Positions 39,025-49,209 of a stretch of DNA of 64,000 bases are shown in pieces. Numbering within the stretch: the first letter of the stretch is position 1; each line of letters starts with the position of its first letter. Position numbers and translations under genes: made by a program. Origin of the DNA: an uncultured Bacteroidales bacterium (GTDB lineage Bacteria > Bacteroidota > Bacteroidia > Bacteroidales > UBA932). The stretch spans positions 21,883 to 85,882 of the forward strand of contig CAMQDS010000006.1 of assembly GCA_946999645.1 (NCBI GenBank), given 5' to 3'. Below the pieces are notes generated by a model. That model was not told the DNA's origin and searched no databases. It saw only the letters and a list, made by a program, of their open reading frames with translations.

Positions 39025-42000
39025 TTTGAAAACAGAACGGATTAATTGGCTTAAACGTCACGTTTGGCTTATTTTTTTAATAATTGCCACTTTAATACTC
39101 TTATTTTCCATATTCATAAATAGAAAATCTGATTCTGCAGATTCGGTGGCTGTCAATGTTTCCCATGTAATATCGGGAAGAATGAAAATGCTTGACTCCT
39201 ATATGTCTATAGTGGCGAGTGGGCAAGAATGGACAGAACTTGACGGTTTCCCCGACGATATGGTTATTTATCGATATGAAAATGACTCTCTTAAATCGTG
39301 GTATAATCAGTTTACTCTCGACAACGATGATATAAGCAGGAGAATGTATATACCGAGGTTTATGAGCCTTAGGTATAATGTCGTATCTCCTCTTTCAGAA
39401 GTAGATACTGTTGTAAATTATATTAATATAGGACCTAAGTGGTATTTAGTAAAGGCTAAAAAAGTAGGATTTTATACTACTATAATTGGTGGGTTGGAAA
39501 TTAAAAATATGATGTCTTCAAATTCTTATAATGGAGTAAATAGGCATCTTAAAGTATCTGACGGTTTTTCTCTTTATCCTATATCTTATAGCGGAGGGGC
39601 TCCTATATATGTTGCTAACCGGCCTCTGATTAAGATTATTCAGGAAAATAATAGGATAGGTTCTATTTTGCCAAATCCTATATATATATGGATTTCTTTG
39701 TTTATAATCCTTGCAGCCCTATTGTATTTGCTTCGCTCATATCGGACTTTTCCGATGATGTGGACAGTTATGTTATTGAATACTATTATTATAGGGACTG
39801 TAATTATATTTGGAAAAAGTTTTCAGTCGGTATCACAGATATTTTCTCCAACTATATATGCACAAGGAGCCGTTTTGTATTCATTGGCTTCATTACTGCT
39901 TCTCAACTTGTGGATTGTTGTAATGATAACCTGCATATATCTGCTGCGAAAAAATATTATTTTGGCTTTTGAAAGTAAATTTCCTCATATTGGATTTAAA
40001 CTATATGCTGGTGTTATAATTTGCTCTATCATAGCCCTTGCCATATATATACACCTTACTTTGAAGGGTGTTATAATGAATTCCAATATTACACTTGAAC
40101 TTTATCGTATTAGTGGAATAACCCAATATACAGTTTATGTATATATTTCATATATGTCCCTTCTTATTATGCTGTTGGTTCTTATTGCTCTCCTAAAACC
40201 AGCGGTAAGGAAGTTTTATGGGGTAAAATATGATGTATTGTCAAGAACTTGGAGGATAATATTTTCTATAATTAGTGCCTTGTATCTATTGGCGATGTCT
40301 TCAATAATAGGCTTTACTAAAGAAAAAAATAGAATTGATATATGGGCTAATCGTCTTGCTGTAGACAGAAATCTTGGTTTTGAGTTACGATTGAAGGGCA
40401 TTGAAACTGCTATAGCCTCTGACCCTGTATTACCCTTGCTTATTTTCAAAAACAAGGATTATAGAGTTGTAATGAGGAGGATTAAAGAGAGTTATTTGAG
40501 TAAAATAAGTCAGGATTATGAAACCACATTGCAAATATTTAGTGATTCCGATCCTGTGACTGAAACTATTAAGTATTACAGTGAACGTCTTAGAAACGGT
40601 ATTGCAATATCTGATAGTTCACACTTTGTCTATTCTCGCTCGTCTAATGGAAGGGCTCAATATACAGGTATTTTTACATACTATAATCCTTCTTTAGGTG
40701 TAACTAGATTGATTTTGGGTATAGATTCCAGTATAGATATGGAAGGTGCCGGATACGCAGGAATAATAGGGGATGCCGGTAGCGGGTCTGTCGTAGTGCC
40801 TCGTAGATATTCATATTGTAAATACCTTTCAGGTAATCTAATAAGTTATGGGGGTGTTTATCCTTATTCTACTGTATTTTCTGGAAAATTTAAAGAGATA
40901 AGTGATGATTTAGGTAGCGGCAGTGTTATAATAGGGGATTATATCCATTTTGTAAACCGTGTTTCTAATAATGAAACAATTGTAATATCTGAAAGAAAAG
41001 TTGGGTTCGTAAAATATATGGTATCAGGTTTCCTGATAGCCCTACTTGCATTTTTCTCAATAAGTATTCCTACTATAAAAAAAATTGGAAAAACTTTATT
41101 TGAAAAAAATTATTATAAGACAAGGATTAATACTGTATTGTATCTTTCCCTTTTTGCTACACTTATAGCCATGACATCTGTCAGTGTCTTATTTATTTAT
41201 AGCAGAAATGAAAAAAACATGATGGAGATGATGACGGGTAAAATTAATACAATACAGTCTTTTATAGCGGCAAGAAGTAGTTATCTTTCATCATATCACG
41301 ATTATGAAAAACCTGAATTTAGCAGTCTTATTGAAAAAATAGGAGTTTATACAAAGTCGGATGTTTCATTGTATACTCCAGAGGGCAAGGTTTTCCGCTC
41401 TACATCTCCAGAAATATTTGAACGCCTATTGCTTGGCTCCAGACTTAATGAAGATGCTTATAAAGCTATAATGTATAGAAATAAGCGATATTTTATACAT
41501 AAGGAAAAGTTTGCAGGATACTCATATTATGCAATGTATGCTCCTGTAATAAATAATGAAGGTAAAAAATTAGCCATTATTTGTGCTCCATATACTGATT
41601 CTGGTTTGGATTTTAAGGAAGATGCTGTATTTCATGCTATTTTCATAATTACCGTATTCTTAATACTTGTAGTTGTTACACGAATTTTATCTTCTAAGGT
41701 AATAGAAAGAATGTTCAGACCTTTGTTGGAAATGGGGGTTAAGATGAACCTTGCAAGAGAAAACGGGTTGGAATATATAATATATGAGAGGGATGATGAA
41801 ATTACAAGTCTTGTAAGATCATACAATCTGATGGTTCATGACCTATACGAAAGCAGCAAACAGGCGGCACAACTTGAACGCAATAAGGCGTGGAATGAAA
41901 TGGCACGTCAGGTGGCTCACGAAATTAAAAATCCGCTTACTCCTATAAAGTTGCAGATACAGCGTATAATAAGAATGAAACAGAAACATGCTCCTGATTG

Positions 42001-42586
42001 GGAGGCTAAGTTTGATACTATTGTTCCTGTAATAATGAATAGTATTGACAGTTTGACGGATACTGCTAATGAATTTTCTACTTTTGCTAAATTATATAGT
42101 GAGCCTTCTGTACTCATTGATATAGATGAACTTGCATCATCTCAGGTGATGTTGTTCTCTGGCAGAGAAAATATTATTATCCAATATATAGGACTGAAAA
42201 ATGCTATGGTTATAGGTCCTAAACCTCAACTTACGAGGGTCTTTGTCAATCTTTTGACAAATGCCATACAGGCAATCGAAAATAAACAGCAAGAAGATTT
42301 TGAAAATAATATTGAGCCTAAGCCGGGACTTATCCGTCTTTCTGTGAGAAACAGTATAGAAGACGGATATTATGATGTAGTTATCGAAGACAATGGACCA
42401 GGAGTAAAAGATGAAGATAGAAACAAACTATTTACACCTAACTTTACTACCAAGAGCAGCGGTACTGGTCTTGGGCTGGCAATATGTAAGAATATTTTGG
42501 AACTATGTGGAGGTGCCATTCAATACAGTCGTTCATTCTCGCTGCAAGGAGCCTGCTTCACCTTCCGCATACCGAAGTATAGATAA
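39017..42586 (+). CDS. Large multi-pass membrane sensor histidine kinase (no receiver domain)
   Basis: H-box HEIKNPLTPIKLQIQRI. HATPase_c with N, G1 (DNGPGV) and G2 (GTGLGLAICKNILELCGG) boxes. About 10 predicted transmembrane segments and two extracytoplasmic regions upstream of the kinase core. Overlaps the rlmH stop by 8 nt. Confidence 0.8.
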   Translation: MNDLKTERINWLKRHVWLIFLIIATLILLFSIFINRKSDSADSVAVNVSHVISGRMKMLDSYMSIVASGQEWTELDGFPDDMVIYRYENDSLKSWYNQFTLDNDDISRRMYIPRFMSLRYNVVSPLSEVDTVVNYINIGPKWYLVKAKKVGFYTTIIGGLEIKNMMSSNSYNGVNRHLKVSDGFSLYPISYSGGAPIYVANRPLIKIIQENNRIGSILPNPIYIWISLFIILAALLYLLRSYRTFPMMWTVMLLNTIIIGTVIIFGKSFQSVSQIFSPTIYAQGAVLYSLASLLLLNLWIVVMITCIYLLRKNIILAFESKFPHIGFKLYAGVIICSIIALAIYIHLTLKGVIMNSNITLELYRISGITQYTVYVYISYMSLLIMLLVLIALLKPAVRKFYGVKYDVLSRTWRIIFSIISALYLLAMSSIIGFTKEKNRIDIWANRLAVDRNLGFELRLKGIETAIASDPVLPLLIFKNKDYRVVMRRIKESYLSKISQDYETTLQIFSDSDPVTETIKYYSERLRNGIAISDSSHFVYSRSSNGRAQYTGIFTYYNPSLGVTRLILGIDSSIDMEGAGYAGIIGDAGSGSVVVPRRYSYCKYLSGNLISYGGVYPYSTVFSGKFKEISDDLGSGSVIIGDYIHFVNRVSNNETIVISERKVGFVKYMVSGFLIALLAFFSISIPTIKKIGKTLFEKNYYKTRINTVLYLSLFATLIAMTSVSVLFIYSRNEKNMMEMMTGKINTIQSFIAARSSYLSSYHDYEKPEFSSLIEKIGVYTKSDVSLYTPEGKVFRSTSPEIFERLLLGSRLNEDAYKAIMYRNKRYFIHKEKFAGYSYYAMYAPVINNEGKKLAIICAPYTDSGLDFKEDAVFHAIFIITVFLILVVVTRILSSKVIERMFRPLLEMGVKMNLARENGLEYIIYERDDEITSLVRSYNLMVHDLYESSKQAAQLERNKAWNEMARQVAHEIKNPLTPIKLQIQRIIRMKQKHAPDWEAKFDTIVPVIMNSIDSLTDTANEFSTFAKLYSEPSVLIDIDELASSQVMLFSGRENIIIQYIGLKNAMVIGPKPQLTRVFVNLLTNAIQAIENKQQEDFENNIEPKPGLIRLSVRNSIEDGYYDVVIEDNGPGVKDEDRNKLFTPNFTTKSSGTGLGLAICKNILELCGGAIQYSRSFSLQGACFTFRIPKYR

Positions 42587-42587
42587 C

Positions 42588-43895
42588 CTATTTCTGTCTT
42601 GTAAAGATTTGGATAGGGCAGCCACAAAGGTCAAAATGCTTTCTAAGCTTGTTCTCCAAGAAACGCTTATATGGTTCTTTTATATATTGTGGCAAGTTAC
42701 AGAAAAATGCAAAAGATGGAAATCTTGTTGGGAGTTGAGTTATATATTTGATTTTTACATACTTACCCTTCCATGAAGGAGGTGGATAATTTTCTATTTC
42801 AGGAAGTAGCGCATCGTTGAGTTTTGATGTACTAATCTTTCTTGAATAGTTATTATATACCCGTCCTGCTTCCTTGATTACATCCATAATTCTCTGTTTC
42901 TTAATAACAGAAGTAAATATAATAGGAATGTCATCAAATGGGGCTATTCTTGCCCGTAATGCCGCCTCGTAATTTTTCATGGTATTGCTATCTTTTTCAA
43001 AAGCATCCCATTTGTTTACAGCAAGTACACAGCCTTTCTTATTTCTAATTATGAGGTTGAATATGCTCATATCCTGAGATTCCATACCTGTAGCGGCATC
43101 AATCATAAGTATGCATACATCTGAATTTTCGATGGCTCTTATGGAACGCATTACAGAGTAGAACTCAAGGTCTTCACTGACTTTTTTCTTCTTTCTGATA
43201 CCTGCTGTGTCTACCAGCATAAATTCCAAACCAAATTTGTTGTAATAGGTTGAAATTGAATCTCTTGTCGTACCAGCTACATTTGTTACTATATTGCGTT
43301 CCTCATCTAACAGTGCATTAGTGAGTGAGGACTTGCCTACATTCGGGCGTCCTATGATTGCAATATGCGGAAGTTCAGGATGAGAGTCTGTATTATTATT
43401 TTCTTGTGGAAGAATCTTTAGAACTTCATCGAGTAAATCCCCTGTACCACTTCCGTTTGCTGCAGAAATACTCCATACTTCACCCAATCCAAGTGAATAG
43501 AATTGGTATGTATCAAAGATTTTGATTCCTGAGTCTACCTTATTGACACACAAGATCACAGGCTTTCCGCTTCTTCGCAGAATGTCTGCAATCTCCGAGT
43601 CGTAGTCTGTTACACCGACGGATGCTTCAACCATAAAGATGACAACGTCTGACTCTTCAATGGCAATGCTTACCTGTTTCCTTATCTCTTCTTCGAATGC
43701 GTCATCAGACCCTGAAGACCAACCTCCAGTGTCTACTACTGAAAACTCTTTCCCGCACCATTCGCATTTACCATAGTGCCTGTCTCGGGTTACTCCTGAT
43801 GTACCATCTACTATTGCCTGTCGCATACCGACAAGCCTATTAAACAATGTTGACTTACCAACATTTGGTCTCCCCACAATTGCTACAAGACTCAT
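42588..43895 (-). CDS. der: Ribosome-associated GTPase Der (EngA)
   Basis: Two tandem GTPase domains ([12 protein letters not shown] and [12 protein letters not shown]) plus a KH-like C-terminus. 435 aa. Confidence 0.9.
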   Translation of the reverse strand: MSLVAIVGRPNVGKSTLFNRLVGMRQAIVDGTSGVTRDRHYGKCEWCGKEFSVVDTGGWSSGSDDAFEEEIRKQVSIAIEESDVVIFMVEASVGVTDYDSEIADILRRSGKPVILCVNKVDSGIKIFDTYQFYSLGLGEVWSISAANGSGTGDLLDEVLKILPQENNNTDSHPELPHIAIIGRPNVGKSSLTNALLDEERNIVTNVAGTTRDSISTYYNKFGLEFMLVDTAGIRKKKKVSEDLEFYSVMRSIRAIENSDVCILMIDAATGMESQDMSIFNLIIRNKKGCVLAVNKWDAFEKDSNTMKNYEAALRARIAPFDDIPIIFTSVIKKQRIMDVIKEAGRVYNNYSRKISTSKLNDALLPEIENYPPPSWKGKYVKIKYITQLPTRFPSFAFFCNLPQYIKEPYKRFLENKLRKHFDLCGCPIQIFTRQK

Positions 43896-44091
43896 AACTT
43901 CGGGTGTTGATATGCTTTTTACCTGCCTCTTCCTCTTCCTCTTCTTTAATGCATTTTATGCCCATTTTCTTCATATTTTCATTTGAGCCTACCTCTGTTT
44001 GAGGAAAAGACTTTTTTCTGAAGATAATGTTAAATGCCATTCCCAAGACACCGATCCCAAGTAGTAGAAGGGCTGATATAAAAACTTTCAT
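43855..44091 (-). CDS. Possible small membrane protein (78 aa) overlapping the der start
   Basis: One N-terminal TM helix, a poly-Glu stretch and C-terminal CSNCGETKC. Overlaps the der start by 41 nt. Support is weak. Confidence 0.3.
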   Translation of the reverse strand: MKVFISALLLLGIGVLGMAFNIIFRKKSFPQTEVGSNENMKKMGIKCIKEEEEEEAGKKHINTRSYESCSNCGETKCW

Positions 44092-44100
44092 AATAAAAAA

Positions 44101-45078
44101 TTAGAAAACAAATTCGCTACTGATAGGTTCATATTTATACACTTTTGAAATTATTTTTGCAAAAGTGCCTGCCATAGAAACTACCTTAATTTTACTCTTA
44201 TCTTTTGTAGGATCTGTTGTAAGAGGAATTGTATCGGTTACATATACCTCTTTTAATGCAGATTTGCTTATATTATCGTATGCCATTCCAGACAACACTG
44301 CATGAGTTGCACAAGCTCGTACACTCTTAGCACCTTTTTCCATCAATAGGTCTGCTGCTTTTGTAAGTGTACCGGCTGTATCAATCATGTCGTCTACAAT
44401 TATTATGTTCTTGCCTTCAACATCTCCGATTGCTGTCATAGAGGCTACTACATTTGCACGTTCACGTGATTTATGACAAATTATTACAGGACAAGCAAGT
44501 TCCTTTGCATAAGCATTTGCCCTTTTTGCACCTCCCATATCAGGAGCAGCTATTGCCAAATCCTCTATTGCAAGTGATTTTATAAATGGCAGGAATACTT
44601 TGCTCGCGTATACGTGATCAACTGGAAAATCAAAAAATCCCTGTATCTGGTCAGCATGCAGGTCACATGTCATCACTCTATCAGCACCTGCAGCCTTCAA
44701 AAGATTGGCTACAAGTTTTGCTCCTATAGAAACTCTCGGCTTGTCTTTTCTATCCTGCCTTGCCCAACCGAAGTAAGGTATTACAGCAATAACTTTATCG
44801 GCAGATGCTCTCTTGGCGGCATCAATAGCCAACAGAAGTTCCATAAGATTGTCGGTAGGAGGAAAGGTGGACTGTAGTATGAATACAGTAGCTCCTCTTA
44901 CACTTTCCGTAAATGATGGCTGAAATTCCCCATCACTAAACTGCGTTACCTCAGAGGCTCCGAGGTGGAGTTGGCAATCTTCGATAGGTTTTAGTGCATT
45001 TATTTCTTCTACCACTTTTTCTGCAAAATTGCGTGAGGCTCTGCAGGCAAATAATTCCATTCTATGTTCGTTCTGCAT
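44101..45078 (-). CDS. prs: Ribose-phosphate pyrophosphokinase
   Basis: DLHADQIQGFFDFPVDH and the PRPP-binding loop IIVDDMIDTAGT. 325 aa. Confidence 0.85.
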   Translation of the reverse strand: MQNEHRMELFACRASRNFAEKVVEEINALKPIEDCQLHLGASEVTQFSDGEFQPSFTESVRGATVFILQSTFPPTDNLMELLLAIDAAKRASADKVIAVIPYFGWARQDRKDKPRVSIGAKLVANLLKAAGADRVMTCDLHADQIQGFFDFPVDHVYASKVFLPFIKSLAIEDLAIAAPDMGGAKRANAYAKELACPVIICHKSRERANVVASMTAIGDVEGKNIIIVDDMIDTAGTLTKAADLLMEKGAKSVRACATHAVLSGMAYDNISKSALKEVYVTDTIPLTTDPTKDKSKIKVVSMAGTFAKIISKVYKYEPISSEFVF

Positions 45079-45095
45079 GTTATTATTAATTGTTT

Positions 45096-45707
45096 TTATT
45101 TATCTAAATCTTTTATCTCATTAAGAATTTCTCCTATATACCCAAGTATTTCCTCTTTTCCCATACCGGATGAAGATGAACTCGTAAAACACTCAGGCAA
45201 ACCTTCCCAATATTCAAGAAGCCTGTTTTTATAACTTAGGATCTGCTCTTTAAGTACATTAGGCCCCAACTTATCTCCTTTAGTAAAAATTATAGCAAAA
45301 GGAATGTCATTGTCTCTCAACTCATCCATAAATTCCAAATCTATTTTCTGGATGTCATGTCTTGAATCGACAAGTACAAATACCATTACCATTTCTTCGG
45401 AATATGTCAGATAATCGCCTATGATTGCAACTAATTTTTCCTTTTCTTTGAGAGGCATTTTTGCATAACCATAGCCGGGAAGATCAACGAGATACCATTC
45501 ATCATTTATTAGAAAATGATTGACTAATTTAGTTTTACCTGGGGTAGATGAGGTCATTGCCAGTTTACTATTGCCGCAAAGCATATTGATAAGAGATGAC
45601 TTCCCAACATTAGATCTGCCTATAAAAGCAAATTCAGGTAATCTGAGTTGGGGCTTTTCTGCTATCTTGGTGCTGCTTCCAGCAAAACTGGCTTTAGAAA
45701 TTTTCAT
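45096..45707 (-). CDS. engB: Ribosome biogenesis GTP-binding protein YihA/EngB
   Basis: EFAFIGRSNVGKSSLINML G1 motif, DLPGYG G3 motif and TKGDK G4 motif. 203 aa. Confidence 0.85.
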   Translation of the reverse strand: MKISKASFAGSSTKIAEKPQLRLPEFAFIGRSNVGKSSLINMLCGNSKLAMTSSTPGKTKLVNHFLINDEWYLVDLPGYGYAKMPLKEKEKLVAIIGDYLTYSEEMVMVFVLVDSRHDIQKIDLEFMDELRDNDIPFAIIFTKGDKLGPNVLKEQILSYKNRLLEYWEGLPECFTSSSSSGMGKEEILGYIGEILNEIKDLDK

Positions 45708-45821
45708 TTTGATAAATTTTCACAGGCAAAGATAATAAAAAAGCCCTCAAGAATATAAATTAATTAGTATTGAATAGGAAGTTTTATTAAATTTGTAAGT
45801 ATAAGTAATACACTGAAATTT

Positions 45822-46997
45822 ATGCCCAGAACATCTATTGACCTATATACGCTTCAAACGAAATTAAAAACAGAAATTGAGCAAATTATTCCGTCAAATA
45901 TTTGGGTAAGAGCGGAAATAAGTGCTATTAAGGTGCGCCAGGGAGGGCATTGCTATTTAGAACTTTCACAATCTGGAGATAACGGTCTTATCGCAAAGGC
46001 AGGGGCTATAATTTGGGCCTCAAAATATCGCTATCTGTCTTCTTTTTTTAAGTCTGTTACTGGAACGGAACTTTCTGAGGGGATGCGTGTTTTGGTTAGG
46101 GTGCAAGTGAATTACAGTCAACTATATGGCTTGTCCCTTATAATAGATGATATAGATGCGGAGTTTACATTAGGCGAAAACGAGTTGCTAAGACAGCAGA
46201 CAATTAATAGGCTTCAAGCCGAGGGGATGATGGACCTTCAAAAAAGACTTTCATTGCCTTTTTTGCCTTACAATCTTGCAGTTATATCTGCTGAAGACGC
46301 CGCAGGCTATGGAGATTTTATAAGGCACATACACAATAATGAATATGGCTTTGTATTTAATACGGTTCTTTTCCCGGCAAAAATGCAGGGTGTGGAGTCT
46401 CCGTCATCTATTTCCAATGCTATAAATTTGGCACAGCAATACAATTTTGATGCAATCCTTATACTTCGTGGCGGTGGTGCAAAACTCGATTTGGCTTGTT
46501 ACGATGACTATTCTCTTGCTATATCTATTGCTAAATGTCCGTTGCCTGTTATAACTGCTGTCGGTCACGAAAGGGATTATCATGTGTGCGATATGGTGGC
46601 GTATGGCTTTGAGAAAACGCCTACTGCATTGGCAGATAGGATGTTGTCTTGCTATATAATGGAAGATTCAAAAATTTCTTCTTTTGCATCTCGCTTGACG
46701 AGAGGTTTTGAAGGAAGGCTATACAATGAAAATGCTAAATTGGAAAGTGTTGAAAAATATATAAATACAGTTGTCTCTAACAGGATTACGACGGCTTTAT
46801 CTAAGTTGGATTATATAGAGATGAAAATAACTACAACTGACCCACGTAATGTTTTGGCACGAGGTTTTTCGATAGCAACTGATGTCAGAGGACAAAAACT
46901 CTCATCTGTTGAGGGGCGTAATGTTGGTGATACCGTTTATATATTATTTCAAGATGGTAAATTGAAATGTGATGTTGTTGATATAACTTACAAATAA
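45822..46997 (+). CDS. xseA: Exodeoxyribonuclease VII large subunit
   Basis: N-terminal OB-fold IWVRAEISAIKVRQGGHCYLEL, a central catalytic region and a C-terminal coiled segment. Followed by xseB. Confidence 0.8.
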   Translation: MPRTSIDLYTLQTKLKTEIEQIIPSNIWVRAEISAIKVRQGGHCYLELSQSGDNGLIAKAGAIIWASKYRYLSSFFKSVTGTELSEGMRVLVRVQVNYSQLYGLSLIIDDIDAEFTLGENELLRQQTINRLQAEGMMDLQKRLSLPFLPYNLAVISAEDAAGYGDFIRHIHNNEYGFVFNTVLFPAKMQGVESPSSISNAINLAQQYNFDAILILRGGGAKLDLACYDDYSLAISIAKCPLPVITAVGHERDYHVCDMVAYGFEKTPTALADRMLSCYIMEDSKISSFASRLTRGFEGRLYNENAKLESVEKYINTVVSNRITTALSKLDYIEMKITTTDPRNVLARGFSIATDVRGQKLSSVEGRNVGDTVYILFQDGKLKCDVVDITYK

Positions 46998-46999
46998 TT

Positions 47000-47194
47000 A
47001 TGGCAGAAGAAAAATTTGACTATTCAAAAGCTATGAAAGAGCTTGAGGATTTGGCAGCTAAAGTGGAAGATCCAAAAACTTGTTTGGATGATATCGGCAC
47101 TCTTGTAAAAAAATCAAAAAAACTCATTGAAGATTGTCGTAAATATTTGAGGTCTATAAGGGAAACAGTTGATGATATAGATAGCAATAAATAA
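47000..47194 (+). CDS. xseB: Exodeoxyribonuclease VII small subunit
   Basis: 64-aa helical protein directly after xseA. FDYSKAMKELEDLAAKVED resembles the XseB N-terminus. Confidence 0.75.
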   Translation: MAEEKFDYSKAMKELEDLAAKVEDPKTCLDDIGTLVKKSKKLIEDCRKYLRSIRETVDDIDSNK

Positions 47195-49203
47195 TGGAAG
47201 CAAAAAAAATATATGAGACTGACCCGTATCTTTTGCCGTTTAAGGATAAGATAGACTTACGTCAAGAACAAGCAGTCAAATATAAATCCCGTTTTTCGGT
47301 AAACGGTTCTCTTGCCGCAGGGATGAATAATCACCTATATTATGGATTACACAAGGCTTCTGATGGAGGTTGGGTCTTCAGAGAATGGGCGCCTAATGCC
47401 CAGAGAATATATCTTATCGGTGAGTTTAATAATTGGAAAAAACTTCCATCATACCAATTAAGAGCAATAGGATCAGGAAACTGGGAAATTTATTTGCCTG
47501 AGATGTTTCTTCATCACGAAGAACTATACAGACTTTACATAGAATGGATTGGCGGAGGTGGGGACAGGTTACCTGCTTATGTAACGAGAGTAGTACAGGA
47601 TGAAAACACAAAAATTTTCAATGCTCAAGTTTGGGATCCTTCTAAATCATACAAATGGCAAAATCCTCGTCCTGAAAAAAAAGAGTCGCCAATGATTTAT
47701 GAATGTCATATAGGAATGTCATCTGAGGAGGAAAAGGTGGCATCTTTTAATGATTTTCGTAAAGATGTGCTTCCTTATATAGCAGGATTAGGATACAATA
47801 CCATTCAAATTATGGCTCTTCAGGAGCATCCCTACTACGGCTCTTTTGGTTATCAGGTATCTAACTTTTATGCTCTAAGTTCAAGATTTGGTACACCTGA
47901 AGAATTTAAAGCCTTAGTAGATGAAGCCCATGGATATGGTATATCCGTTATTATGGATATAGTTCATTCTCACAGTGTTGATAATGAAAATGAGGGTCTT
48001 GGATTTTTTGATGGTCGTGACGATTTGTATTTTTATTCAGGGGCTCAAGGAAGACACCCTGCATGGGGTTCAAGGTGTTTTGATTATGGTAAAGATGAAA
48101 CAAAATACTTTTTGCTTTCAAATTGTAAGTTCTGGCTCGAAGAATATATGCTTGATGGCTTTCGCTTTGATGGTGTCACGAGTATGCTTTATTGGGATCA
48201 TGGCTTAGGTAAATCTTTTTCTGGATACGAAAATTATTTTGGCAGTGGAGTAGATGAGAATGCTGTTTGTTATCTTACCCTTGCTAATATGTTGATTAAG
48301 GAATTACTTCCAGATGCTTTGACTATAGCGGAGGATGTAAGTGGAATGCCTGGACTTGCCGCTTCTTTTGAGGCAGGAGGAATAGGTTTTGGCTATCGTA
48401 TGGCTATGGGAATTGCAGATCATTGGATAAAATGGATAAAAGAAAAGAGTGACAATGATTGGAGTCCTGGAGAAATATGGTATGAACTTACTAATAAGCG
48501 TGCGGATGAGAAAACAATAAGTTATGCGGAGTGTCATGATCAGGCTCTTGTAGGGGATAAAACCATAATATTCAGACTTATGGATAAAGAGATGTATTTC
48601 TCTATGAATACAGTCTCTCGCTCTCCTATAGTAGATAGGGGAATAGCCTTGCATAAGATGATTAGATTGGTGACACTATCTACAGCAGGTGGTGGGTATC
48701 TTACATTTATGGGAAATGAATTTGGTCATCCTGAATGGATAGATTTTCCGCGTGAAGGAAACGGTTGGTCTTATAAATATGCTCGTAGGCAATGGAGTTT
48801 AGTTAAACCTAAGTATCTAAGGTATTCTTATCTAATGGAATTTGATAAGGCAATGATTAAGATGGCGAAAGGCGAAGACATACTATCAGAACCTCCTATT
48901 TTATTGACAGCAGATGAGGAAAAGAAAATTTTAATTTTCATTAGGTGTAATTGTATATTCGCATTCAATTTTAATCCTACAACATCATTTACGGATTATG
49001 GGTTTTCTGCACCTGAAGGAAGTTACAGCATTATATTAAATTCTGATGAGGAGAGATTTAACGGGTTTTCTCGTATAACATTGGGGGAGAAACATATAAC
49101 TATCAAAAAAAAGTGTCCTAATGGTAATAGAAATTTCAACAATACTCTTTATCTTTACTTGCCGAGCAGGTGTGCAATTGTTTTGAAAAAATATAATCAA
49201 TAA
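47194..49203 (+). CDS. glgB: 1,4-alpha-glucan branching enzyme (GH13)
   Basis: GH13 catalytic regions DIVHSH, GFRFDGVTSMLY, AEDVSG and ECHDQ. 669 aa. Confidence 0.85.
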   Translation: MEAKKIYETDPYLLPFKDKIDLRQEQAVKYKSRFSVNGSLAAGMNNHLYYGLHKASDGGWVFREWAPNAQRIYLIGEFNNWKKLPSYQLRAIGSGNWEIYLPEMFLHHEELYRLYIEWIGGGGDRLPAYVTRVVQDENTKIFNAQVWDPSKSYKWQNPRPEKKESPMIYECHIGMSSEEEKVASFNDFRKDVLPYIAGLGYNTIQIMALQEHPYYGSFGYQVSNFYALSSRFGTPEEFKALVDEAHGYGISVIMDIVHSHSVDNENEGLGFFDGRDDLYFYSGAQGRHPAWGSRCFDYGKDETKYFLLSNCKFWLEEYMLDGFRFDGVTSMLYWDHGLGKSFSGYENYFGSGVDENAVCYLTLANMLIKELLPDALTIAEDVSGMPGLAASFEAGGIGFGYRMAMGIADHWIKWIKEKSDNDWSPGEIWYELTNKRADEKTISYAECHDQALVGDKTIIFRLMDKEMYFSMNTVSRSPIVDRGIALHKMIRLVTLSTAGGGYLTFMGNEFGHPEWIDFPREGNGWSYKYARRQWSLVKPKYLRYSYLMEFDKAMIKMAKGEDILSEPPILLTADEEKKILIFIRCNCIFAFNFNPTTSFTDYGFSAPEGSYSIILNSDEERFNGFSRITLGEKHITIKKKCPNGNRNFNNTLYLYLPSRCAIVLKKYNQ

Positions 49204-49209
49204 AAAGTT

